Shown here: piece by piece, positions 9,082 to 17,693 of the stretch
Numbering within the stretch: the stretch's first letter is position 1
How the letters are laid out: each line of letters opens with the position of its first letter
Source of the DNA: Vicinamibacteria bacterium
GTDB lineage: Bacteria > Acidobacteriota > Vicinamibacteria > Fen-336
Reading direction: 5' to 3'
Length of the DNA: 64,000 nt
NCBI GenBank assembly: GCA_035691285.1
Contig: DASSJI010000034.1
Coordinates: forward strand, 12,358 to 76,357
Translations under genes and position numbers: made by a program
Notes under the pieces: model-generated
Databases searched by the model: none
What the model was told of the DNA's origin: nothing
The model's input: the letters and a program-made list of their open reading frames with translations, nothing else

Positions 9082-12000
9082 CCCATGTCCCTGAGACGAA
9101 GGACTCGCTTCACGAACGGGTCGCCGAGCTTCAAGGTGCGCCGCTGCTGGAGCAGGGGCTTGGGCCCGCACACCTCCGTGAAGTCGCACAGGTCGCAGGA
9201 CTGGGGCTCCTGGACGAACAGGCCCGAGGCAATGGCGTCCGCGAGCCCGCGCAGCAGCGTGCGGAAACCCTCGCCCTCGACCGCGGCGGGGTCGAACACG
9301 ACGCGTCGGCCGCCGTCGACGTAGTCGAGGAAGGCCTCCACGACGCGCTCCTCCGGGAACAGCTCGCGGGCCGCGAGGACGTAGAAGGGGATCTGGAGCT
9401 GGCGGCCGCCCTTGAGGAAGCCGCCGTCGTCCCTGAAGGGCGCGCGCCCGGTCTTGTAGTCTCGCAGCACCAGGCCGCCTTCGGGCCTGCGGTCGATCCG
9501 ATCGATGCGCCCCGAGATGCGGATCGCGCGGCCGTCGCCCAGGTCGATCGCGACGGGCTCCTCGCGCCAGGGCTCGCGGTTGCCCTCGGGCGCGGGCAGG
9601 CCGAAGCCCACCTCGAACCAGGCGGGCGTGCGCTTGTCGGCCTCCGCGGCCAGGCGTTCGAGCCAGGCCAGGGCGGTGGCCCGGAAGCGCGCCTTCTCGC
9701 GCTCCCAGAGGCTCGTGAAGCGCGGCGGGCTTCCCTCGACGAGCGCCTGCAGGGCGGCTTCGCACATCTCCAGGAGCCGGTCCTGGGAGGCGGCGTCGTT
9801 CGTGACGGGAAGCTGGCCCTGCTCGCGCCGCTCGCGCAGGAACTCCTCCGCCACCCTGTGGAAGAGGTTCCCGCGCTCGAGCGGCTCGAGGCGCTTGCGT
9901 TCCTCGGGGACCTCGCGCGCCTCGAGGCGCAGCACGTGCTCGAGCAGGTACTGGAAGCCGCAGCGGGCCCAGGTCGCGAGGCGCGTCGCTGAGAGCACCA
10001 GGCCCGGCCGCGAGGGGTCGAGGCGCTCCAGGAGGCGGGCCGCGTCCAGGGCGCCTTCGCCGTCCCGGGGCGAGAAGGCCACGAGGCCGTCGTAGGGCGT
10101 GAGGTGCCTCGACCAGCGGGCCAGGCTGGCGAGGCGGGACTGCCTGAAGAACCGCGAGCCCTGGGCCACGGCGAGGGCGGCCTCCCTTCCGCCCTTGCGG
10201 ACGCGGGCGCGGTCGCGCTCGCCCGCGTCGAGCGCCTCTTCGGCCGGGAGCAGGTCCTCGTCGTCCTCGCTCACGCGTGCGTGGAGCTCCGAGAGACCGA
10301 GGGGCTGCGCGGCGAGCGTCGAGGCCGCCGCCACGAAGAACAGCGACGGCATGCGCTCGCGTCCCGAGCGCGGGTCGGCGCGGGGATAGCTCAGGACGAG
10401 CTTCTCCGTGGCCTGGGACACGGCGCGATGGAAGGCGCGGCGCGCCTCGCGCAAGCGGTCCTGGGTCGTGGCCAGCGCCGCCGCGGCGGGGGGCGCGGCG
10501 TCGAAGAGCCCGAGCTGGCCGGCCTGCGTGGGACGGGCCGGCGCGGGGGGGGCCAGGGCCTCACGCTCTGCGTCGAGCAGGAAGGGGTCGGGGCGCGGCG
10601 CGCCCGGGAAGCCGCCCTCGCCGAGGCCAGGGAAGGCCAGCACGCGGAACGTGAGGCCCGCCATCGCGTCCATGGCCCCGACGTGGACCGCGCCGCCCGA
10701 GACCGGGGGCAGCGGCACGCGCTCCCACTCGAAGCGGGCCAGCAGCACGCTCTCGAGCTCCGCGGGAGTGGCGCGGGCGCCGCCGAGGCCGGCCAGGTCG
10801 TGGAGCACCTCGAGAACCGCCTCGCGATCGCGCTCCTCGCCCACGAAGCGATCGAGAGCCGCCCGCAGGCGCTGCGACCATTCCGACCAGCTCGCCTCGC
10901 CGGACAGGGCACCGAGGGTCTCGGCCAGCGCCTCGACCAGACGCTCGAGGTCCTGCGCGTCCGCGAGGCGCCGCTCGCGGCGCGCGCGCCGAGCCGGGTC
11001 GCGCTCGCCCCGGGCGGCGGCGGCCTCGTCGCGCAGCAGCACTCGCAACCCGGCCCGCCAGCGGTCGAGGCCCGACACCACCCGTGCGTCGCGGGAGAGC
11101 TGGTCCCAATGGCCGGCGCGCAAAGCGGCTCCCGGCCGCAGCAGCCGCTCGAGGGGCAGCGGCGCGAAGCTCAGGAACTCGAGGACCGCCGAGCGCTCGA
11201 GGCCGCGGCAGCGCAGCAGCAGGAGCAGCGAGCGCGCAGCGCGGCCGTAGCGCAGCGGCAGGGAGGGATGCAGCCGGTACGGGACGCCGAGCCGCTCGAG
11301 AAGGTCGGAGAACAGCGGCGCGTACTCCGCCGGCCGGGCCAGCACGATGCCCATCTGCTCGAAGGGCACGCCGCGGCGCGCCTCGCGCAGCAGGCGCCGG
11401 GCGATGGACCGGGCCTCGGCCGCCTCGCCGGGCGCCGTCAGCAGCTCGACCGAGCCGTCCTCCACGGGCTCGCCCACGGCGGGCTCGAAGAGGCTCGTGC
11501 GCAGGCGCCGGAGGCCGGCCGGCGGCTCCTCGGGCGCCACGCTCCCGAGCAGCGTCTCGGACCAGTCCACGGCGGCGATGCCCACGCCCTCGGCCCACGC
11601 GGCGAACGAGCCGTCGCGCACGCCCGGCGGGCGGAGGCGTTCCAGCCGGACGAGCCGGTGGCTGCGGGCCACGGCCTCGAGGAAGCGGCGATCGAGGGCG
11701 TCGGTCTCGACGTCGTCGACCACGAGCAGCGTGGCGCCGCGCAGGAAGGGCGAGTCCGGGGCGGACTCAGCGGCGGCGGCGAGGAGCGTCGCGGGATCGG
11801 CGCGTCCCTCGTGCTCCGCGTGGAATGCGCGGTACAGGAACGCCAGGGCGCGCCGCCGCGCGGCGTCCTCGGGCGTCGGGGCCTCCTGCGCGGCGAGCGC
11901 CTCGAGGGCGTCGGGGGCAAGGCCGGCGAGCCGCAGCTCGTGCAGGGTGCGCGCCAGCGCCGCCGCCACCGGAGCCCGGGGGGCTCCCTCGGGAAGGGTG

Positions 12001-12251
12001 AGGCCGTGGGGAGCGTCGAGCAGGCGCGCCGCAAGCAGCGCGTCGTGGCCGGGGTCCCACGCCTGGAGCCCGCGGCCGAGCAGCTCGGGCTCGGCGATGG
12101 CGCGCGCCAGCTCGCGCGGCTTCATCGCGTAGACGAAGGCGAGCGCCCGCCCGGTCTCCGCCAGGCGCCGCGGCCACTCCAGCGCGGCGGCCCGGGAGGG
12201 CACGACGAGGATCGTGGGGCCCTGGGACGGGCCTACGGCGCTTCCTCCCAC
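9078..12251 (-). CDS. addB: AddB-type helicase-nuclease subunit (degenerate helicase, C-terminal Fe-S PD-(D/E)XK nuclease)
   Basis: C-terminal RDYKTGRAP and CDLCDFTEVCG Fe-S/nuclease motifs typical of AddB; N-terminal degenerate P-loop region PTILVVPSRAAALEW; likely GTG start ~12251 (first 220 aa of track ORF are artefact); translationally coupled to addA. Confidence 0.8.
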   Translation of the reverse strand: MGGSAVGPSQGPTILVVPSRAAALEWPRRLAETGRALAFVYAMKPRELARAIAEPELLGRGLQAWDPGHDALLAARLLDAPHGLTLPEGAPRAPVAAALARTLHELRLAGLAPDALEALAAQEAPTPEDAARRRALAFLYRAFHAEHEGRADPATLLAAAAESAPDSPFLRGATLLVVDDVETDALDRRFLEAVARSHRLVRLERLRPPGVRDGSFAAWAEGVGIAAVDWSETLLGSVAPEEPPAGLRRLRTSLFEPAVGEPVEDGSVELLTAPGEAAEARSIARRLLREARRGVPFEQMGIVLARPAEYAPLFSDLLERLGVPYRLHPSLPLRYGRAARSLLLLLRCRGLERSAVLEFLSFAPLPLERLLRPGAALRAGHWDQLSRDARVVSGLDRWRAGLRVLLRDEAAAARGERDPARRARRERRLADAQDLERLVEALAETLGALSGEASWSEWSQRLRAALDRFVGEERDREAVLEVLHDLAGLGGARATPAELESVLLARFEWERVPLPPVSGGAVHVGAMDAMAGLTFRVLAFPGLGEGGFPGAPRPDPFLLDAEREALAPPAPARPTQAGQLGLFDAAPPAAAALATTQDRLREARRAFHRAVSQATEKLVLSYPRADPRSGRERMPSLFFVAAASTLAAQPLGLSELHARVSEDDEDLLPAEEALDAGERDRARVRKGGREAALAVAQGSRFFRQSRLASLARWSRHLTPYDGLVAFSPRDGEGALDAARLLERLDPSRPGLVLSATRLATWARCGFQYLLEHVLRLEAREVPEERKRLEPLERGNLFHRVAEEFLRERREQGQLPVTNDAASQDRLLEMCEAALQALVEGSPPRFTSLWEREKARFRATALAWLERLAAEADKRTPAWFEVGFGLPAPEGNREPWREEPVAIDLGDGRAIRISGRIDRIDRRPEGGLVLRDYKTGRAPFRDDGGFLKGGRQLQIPFYVLAARELFPEERVVEAFLDYVDGGRRVVFDPAAVEGEGFRTLLRGLADAIASGLFVQEPQSCDLCDFTEVCGPKPLLQQRRTLKLGDPFVKRVLRLRDMG

Positions 12252-13009
12252 TTCTTGCGGATCCGCTCGCGTTCGCCCGAGGCCACGAGCTCGCGCACCG
12301 CGGCCTGCACCTGCGCCGCGAGGCCGGCGTCGCTCCGCCGCAAGCCCACGTGGTAGCCCAGACGGTTGAGGGTCTCGCCCACGGTCTTGAAGGAGCCGTC
12401 CCGGGCCACGCGCCACTTCACGTACGGCGAGTCGTACAGGATCGCGCCGAGCTTGTCCGCCTTGAGGTCGTCGAAGAGCGTCTCCTGCTTGTCGTAGACC
12501 TTGAGGGCGCCCGCGCCCACGGAGCGCAGCGTGCGCTCCACCACCTGGGACTGGAAATGGCCCACCGTGATCTTCTTCAGGTCGCCGAGACCCGTCACCT
12601 TCGCATCGTCGGCCCGCGCCGCGAGCAGGAGACCCCACTCGTAGTAGGCCGTCGAGGCGGCGATCTCGGGCGGCGTCCGCGGGCCGGGCGTCCAGGCGCA
12701 GACGATCGCGTCGATGCGCCCTCGTACCAGGGCCCGCTCCAGGTCGAACCACGCCACCGGCACGATCACGAGCGGGCGCCCGAGCCGCTGGCTCAGGAAC
12801 TGGGCGACGTCGACGTCGATGCCCGTCGCCTTCTTGAGCTGCGCCTCGGTCACCCGCGGGTCGGCGTTCGCGTCCTCGGCCGAGTAGTCGAGCCCCGGCA
12901 CGAAGGACCACGGCGGCGAGCGCGTGTCCATCCCCACCCGGAAGACCGGGTCCGCGGCGCTCGCGGAGACGGTCGCGCCGAGGGCGAGGGCGACGGCCAA
13001 GGAGCGCAT
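12233..13009 (-). CDS. ABC transporter substrate-binding protein (family 3, amino-acid type), secreted
   Basis: ATG at 13009 (MRSLAVALALGATVSASAADP signal peptide); periplasmic binding protein type 3 features; stop overlaps presumed addB start region. Confidence 0.75.
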   Translation of the reverse strand: MRSLAVALALGATVSASAADPVFRVGMDTRSPPWSFVPGLDYSAEDANADPRVTEAQLKKATGIDVDVAQFLSQRLGRPLVIVPVAWFDLERALVRGRIDAIVCAWTPGPRTPPEIAASTAYYEWGLLLAARADDAKVTGLGDLKKITVGHFQSQVVERTLRSVGAGALKVYDKQETLFDDLKADKLGAILYDSPYVKWRVARDGSFKTVGETLNRLGYHVGLRRSDAGLAAQVQAAVRELVASGERERIRKKWEEAP

Positions 13010-13088
13010 GGAACGTCCCGAAGCTATCACGAACGGACGCCGCCTTGACCGCGTCGGCGCGCGTCCCTTAGCCTTCGGACGCCAGCTC

Positions 13089-14579
13089 ATGAACCCGACC
13101 AAGGTGGGCCGCTACGGGATCGTGGGCGTCGTCTCCCGCGGCCCCGACGAGGACGTCCTCGTGGGCGAGCACGGCTCGCGCCGGGCCACGATCCGGGTCT
13201 TCCACGGCCAGGATCGCGCGGGCATCCTGGAGGACGCGCGGCGCGTGGCGGCCCTCGCCCATCCCAACGTCGCGCAGCAGGAGGTCGGCCTGCACGGCGA
13301 CGAGCCGTTCCTCGCCGCCGAGATCGCCGGCGAGACGCTGCCGAAATGGGGCGAGCGCGAGCGCGCTCTCCCAGAGCAGCTCCTGGTCCTCGAGGGGGTC
13401 GCGGCCGGCATCGGCCACGCCCATGACCACGGCGTCGTCCACGGCCGCTTGACGCCCGAGCGCATCGCGGTCGGGGGGGACGGCGTCGCCCGTATCTGGG
13501 GCTTCGGCCTGCGCAGCGCCGCCGGGCAGCCCCTGGCCGCGTCCGCCTACACCGCTCCCGAGATGGCCGGTGGCGAAGAGCCGACAGCCTTGGCCGACGT
13601 CTACGCGGTCGGCGTCGTCTTCTACGAGCTCCTCACCCGCGAGAGGCCCACGGGAGAGGCTCCGGTGCCGCTCCGCGAGCTGCGCAAGGACCTGCCCAAG
13701 GACCTGGCCGACGCCATCATGGCGTGTCGAGAGCGCTCGGCGGACTGGCGCCCCAAGGACCTCGACTACCTCCTCGAGTGCGTGCACCGGGTGCGGGGCA
13801 CGCTGCCCGCCCTGAAGCTGGCGACGCCGAAGGTTGCGCCGGTCGCCGTCGCGCCGCGGCTGCGCGCGGAGGAGCGGCGCTCTCCCGTCCCGCTGCTGCC
13901 CATCGCCGTGGGCGTGGTCGTGTTCCTGGGTGGAGCCGTGGCCCTCTACCGGCTCGCTGGCTCGAAGGCGGCGGCGCCCGAGCCGGCCCCGACCACCCTG
14001 GCCCAGGCGCCGGCTCCCGCCGCGGCGACGCGCCCGGCCTCTCCGGTCGGCGTCGCCGAGCCGCAGCTCGCGACGCCCGCGCCCGCGCCGACGCGCACGC
14101 CCACAGCAGCGTCCACCGCTCCGACACCCTCGCCCGCCGCAGCCGCGCGGCCCTCGGCCACGCCGGCGCCGACACCCGCCCAGGCCGCGACCCCTCCTCC
14201 GGTCGCCGCGGCGACGGCGCTCCCAAGCGTCGCGGCACAGACGCCCACGCCTCCTCCCGTCACGAGCGCGCCGGCGACGCTCGCGCCGGCGCCTGGACCC
14301 GCCCTGCTCACCGCCGTATCGCCGCCCACCCTGCGCCGTGGCCTCCGGACCCTCGTCGACGTCCGCGGCCAGGGTCTTTACCCCGGGCTCGGCGCGGCGC
14401 TGCTCCGGGGCGGGCGGCCCGCCGAGGGCGTGCACGCCCGCCAGCAGCGCTTCGTCAGCGCGGGCCTGGTGCAGGTCTTCGTCGAGGTCGACGCCGACGC
14501 GGCGGCGGGCGCCTACGGGCTCTTGCTGAGCGACGGCCAGAACGTCACGAACGTCGTTCGCTTCGACGTGCTGAAGTAG
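13089..14579 (+). CDS. membrane-anchored protein-kinase-like protein (predicted pseudokinase) with Pro/Ala/Thr-rich linker and C-terminal beta domain
   Basis: ATG at 13089; kinase fold recognisable (APE motif YTAPEM, activation segment WGFG) but catalytic signatures degenerate: no VAIK lysine, HRD -> HGRLTPER, DFG -> GFG; TM helix LLPIAVGVVVFLGGAVALY; ~130 aa PT-rich low-complexity region. Confidence 0.6.
   Translation: MNPTKVGRYGIVGVVSRGPDEDVLVGEHGSRRATIRVFHGQDRAGILEDARRVAALAHPNVAQQEVGLHGDEPFLAAEIAGETLPKWGERERALPEQLLVLEGVAAGIGHAHDHGVVHGRLTPERIAVGGDGVARIWGFGLRSAAGQPLAASAYTAPEMAGGEEPTALADVYAVGVVFYELLTRERPTGEAPVPLRELRKDLPKDLADAIMACRERSADWRPKDLDYLLECVHRVRGTLPALKLATPKVAPVAVAPRLRAEERRSPVPLLPIAVGVVVFLGGAVALYRLAGSKAAAPEPAPTTLAQAPAPAAATRPASPVGVAEPQLATPAPAPTRTPTAASTAPTPSPAAAARPSATPAPTPAQAATPPPVAAATALPSVAAQTPTPPPVTSAPATLAPAPGPALLTAVSPPTLRRGLRTLVDVRGQGLYPGLGAALLRGGRPAEGVHARQQRFVSAGLVQVFVEVDADAAAGAYGLLLSDGQNVTNVVRFDVLK
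13980..14300 (+). repeat. low-complexity Pro/Ala/Thr-rich coding region (linker of pseudokinase)
   Basis: Translation APEPAPTTLAQAPAPAAATRPASP...TPTPPPVTSAPATLAPAPGP; compositionally biased, internally repetitive. Confidence 0.4.
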
Positions 14580-15723
14580 GGACGAGCGCCAGCAGGAGGC
14601 CCGCGGCGCAGGCGGCGAGAGCGGCGCCCGTGCCGAGCGCCGCTCCCGCCCCGCGCCAGTGCCAGAGCGCGCCGGTCAGGAGGCTCGCCGGCAGGAGCGC
14701 CGCTCCGGTGACGGCGTGGTACCAGCCGAAGGCGCGGCCGCGGGCGCCCTCGGGCACGAGGTCGGCGACGAGGGCGCGCTCGGCGCCCTCGGTGGCCGCG
14801 TGGAACACGCCGTAGAGGCCGAAGAGCAGCCAGGCGTGGAGCGGGGCGTGCGCCGCGGCGAAGCCGACGTAGGAGAGCGCGTACACGACCCAGCCGAAGG
14901 CGATCGCGCGCTTCCGCCCGAGGCGGTCCGAAAGCGCCCCCAGCGGCGTGCCGAGGCCCGCCTTGACCACGTGATGGAACATCCAGAGGAGCGGCACCGC
15001 GACGAGCGGTACGCCGAGCTCCTGGGCGCGCAGGATCAGGAACGCGTCCGAGGAGTTCCCGAGCGTGAAGACGCCGAGCGCGGCCAGGTAGCGCGCGAAG
15101 CCGGGCGACAGCCGCGAGCCTGCCCCGCGCGGAGCCGGCGAGCCTCGCGCTCCGTCGCTCACGCCGAGGACGAGGACCAGGACGCTCAGGAGGCCAGGCA
15201 CGAGCGCCAGGGCGAAGACGGCGCGCAGCTCGAAGCCGGCGGCCAGGGCGGCTGCTGCGATGAGCGGGCCGAGCACGGCGCCGGCGTTGTCCATCGCGCG
15301 GTGGAAGCCGAAGGCGCGACCGCGCTCCTGGGGTGCCACGGCCCCGGCGACCAGCGCGTCGCGCGGCGCGCCCCGCACTCCCTTTCCGACGCGATCGAGC
15401 AGACGGATCGCGAGCACGTGGGCCGGAGCGCCGGCCAGGGCCATGCATGGACGGACGACCGCCGAGAGCGAGTAGCCGGCGACGACGAGAGGCTTCGCTC
15501 GGCCAAGCCGGTCGGCGAGGGCGCCCGAGGCGATCTTGAGCAGGCTCGCGGCGGCCTCGGCCACGCCTTCCACGAGGCCGAGGAAGGCGGGGCCGGCGTG
15601 GAGCGTCCCGGTCAGGAACGCGGGCAGCAGCGGGTAGATCATCTCGCTCGAGGCGTCGGTGAGCAGGCTGACGCCGCCGAGCCGTCGCACCACGGGAGGC
15701 AGCGGCGGGGCCATGCCGGCCAT
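14545..15723 (-). CDS. MFS transporter
   Basis: 392 aa, 12 predicted hydrophobic segments, MFS-like loops (GRAKPLV, DRLGRKRAI); 35-nt convergent overlap with upstream gene. Confidence 0.75.
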   Translation of the reverse strand: MAGMAPPLPPVVRRLGGVSLLTDASSEMIYPLLPAFLTGTLHAGPAFLGLVEGVAEAAASLLKIASGALADRLGRAKPLVVAGYSLSAVVRPCMALAGAPAHVLAIRLLDRVGKGVRGAPRDALVAGAVAPQERGRAFGFHRAMDNAGAVLGPLIAAAALAAGFELRAVFALALVPGLLSVLVLVLGVSDGARGSPAPRGAGSRLSPGFARYLAALGVFTLGNSSDAFLILRAQELGVPLVAVPLLWMFHHVVKAGLGTPLGALSDRLGRKRAIAFGWVVYALSYVGFAAAHAPLHAWLLFGLYGVFHAATEGAERALVADLVPEGARGRAFGWYHAVTGAALLPASLLTGALWHWRGAGAALGTGAALAACAAGLLLALVPTSARRSERRS

Positions 15724-15767
15724 CTTAGGCGCGCGGGTCCGAAGTAAGATCCCTGCGAGGAGGCGTG

Positions 15768-17693
15768 ATGGCAGAGCGGCGTTACGATCGGCTGACCCAT
15801 CCCCTGGTGCGCCGGGACGGCGCCCTCGTGCCGGCGAGCTGGGAGGAGGCGCTCGCGCGGGCGGCGGACGGCTTCCGTCCCTACCAGGGCGCGCGCGCGA
15901 CGTCGGGGTTCGGAGTCTTCAGCTGCTCGAAGGCGACGAACGAGATGAACTTCCTGGCGCAGAAGCTCGCGCGCCAAGTGATGGGCAGCCACAACATCGA
16001 CTCGTGTAACCGCACCTGACACGCCCCCAGCGTCGTCGGTCTGGCGACGGTGTTCGGGGCAGGCGGCGGAACGAGCTCGTACGCTGAGGTCGAGAAGGCC
16101 GACCTCATCGTGCTGTGGGGGTCGAACGCCCGGGAGACGCACCCGATCTTCTTCCATCACGTCCTCAAGGGCGTGCGGAACGGGGCGCGGCTCTACGTGA
16201 TCGACCCGCGCCGGACGAGCTCCGCCCAGTGGGCCGACGGCTGGCTGGGTCTCGACGTGGGCGCCGACATCGCGCTCGCCCACGCCGTGGGGCGCGAGAT
16301 CCTCGCCGCCGGGCTCCACAACCGGGCCTTCGTGGAGCGGGCCACGTCGGGCTTCGAGGCCTACCGCGCGTGCGTCGAGCCTTACACCCTCGCGGAAGGA
16401 GAGCGGCTGACCGGCGTGCCCGCGACGCTGATCCGCGAGCTCGCCCACGCGTATGCCCGCGCAGACCGCGCCCAGCTCTGCTGGACGCTGGGAATCACGG
16501 AGCACCACAACGCCGTGGACAACGTCCTCGCCCTCATCAACCTCGCGCTCCTCACCGGGCACGTGGGCCGCTACGGCTCCGGCCTCAACCCGCTGCGGGG
16601 CCAGAACAACGTCCAGGGCGGCGGCGACATGGGGGCGATCCCGAACAAGTACCCGGGCTTCCAGGACATCGAGGATCCCGGGGCGCGGGCGAAGTTCGAG
16701 AAGGCCTGGGGCGTCGCGCTGCCTCCGAAACGCGGCTGGCACTTGACGCAGATGTTCGAGGCGATGGAGCGCGGCGAGCTCCGCTCGCTGTACGTGATCG
16801 GCGAGAACCCGTGCCAGTCCGAGGCCGACATGCACCGCGCGACGAAGCTCCTGGCGGGTCTGGAGCATCTCGTGGTGCAGGACCTCTTCATGACCGCCAC
16901 CGCCCGGATGGCCCACGTCGTCCTCCCCGCGGCCGCGGCGTGGTGCGAGAGCGAGGGCACGGTCACGAGCAGCGAGAGGCGCGTCCAGCGCGTGCGCAAG
17001 GCCATGGATCCGCCCGGAGAGGCGCGCCAGGACATCGACATCCTGTGCGGCATGGCGCGGGCGCTCGGGCGCGACTGGGGCCGGGTGAGCGCGGAGGCGG
17101 CCTGGGACGAGCTGCGCACCCTCTCGCCGATGCACGCAGGCATGTCGTACGCCCGCCTCGAGGCGCAGGGCGGGATCCAGTGGCCGTGTCCGGACGAGGG
17201 CCATCCCGGCTCGCCGTTCCTCCACGGCCGGCTCTGGGAGGAGCCCGTGCAGGGCCCGCGGGCGCCGTTCTCGGCCGTCGCGTTCGAGCCGCCCGTGGAC
17301 GAGCTGAGCGACGAGTTCCCGATCCGCCTCACGACCGGTCGCCGGCTCGACTCGTTCAACACCGGGGTCCAGACCGCGGGCTACACGTCGCCGCTCCGGC
17401 GCGGCGAGAGCCTCGACCTGTCCCCCGAGGACGCGAGGCGATACTCGGTGAGGGAGGGCGAGACCGTGGTGGCGCGCTCCCGCCGCGGCGAGGTCCGCGT
17501 CCCGGTCCGCATCGACTCGAGCCTGCGCCCGGGCCTGGCGTTCATGACGCTGCACTTCCCCGACGACGTGGCGACGAACCTCCTGACCATCGACGCGACC
17601 GACCCGAAGTCCGGCACCGCCGAGTTCAAGGCCACGGCGATCCGCATCGAGAAACCGGCGGCTCCCGAGCCGGCTCTGGCAGGCCGCGGCTGA
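15768..17693 (+). CDS. fdhA: formate dehydrogenase catalytic (molybdopterin, bis-MGD) domain, selenocysteine-containing (UGA at 16017-16019 read as Sec); lacks N-terminal Fe-S domains
   Basis: GGAGG SD then ATG 15768; track ORFs 15765..16019 and 16050..17693 are the same frame separated only by TGA; context GSHNIDSCNRT-U-HAPSVVGL matches the Sec/Cys active-site region of FdhF/FdsA (NID.CAR.(U/C)HGPSVAGL); downstream molybdopterin oxidoreductase motifs. Confidence 0.8.
16017..16019 (+). other. in-frame UGA decoded as selenocysteine (predicted)
   Basis: Position corresponds exactly to Sec140 of E. coli FdhF; reading frame continues without interruption; SECIS-like hairpin follows. Confidence 0.6.
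16020..16060 (+). promoter_or_regulatory. candidate bacterial SECIS element (mRNA hairpin immediately 3' of UGA)
   Basis: cacGCCCCcagCGTCGtcGGUCUGgCGACGgtgttcGGGGC: nested stems GCCCC/GGGGC and CGTCG/CGACG with apical loop containing GGUCUG, resembling the fdhF SECIS loop (GGUCUG region) that binds SelB. Confidence 0.45.

Noticed and set aside
5221-9324. 1367-aa plus-strand ORF, and similar giant ORFs (10104..12356, 16115..19549 N-terminal part, 17381..19483, 23846..26815, 36197..39817, 43327..45906, 3457..4380 part)
   Set aside because: Arg/Ala/Gly/Pro-rich translations antisense or out of frame to well-supported genes. Stop-codon-poor frames are expected at >70% GC, and no motifs are present.
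9082-9765. 228-aa N-terminal extension of the addA ORF in the track
   Set aside because: Extension overlaps the addB coding region. The Walker-A-containing true N-terminus begins at ATG 9081, coupled to the addB stop.
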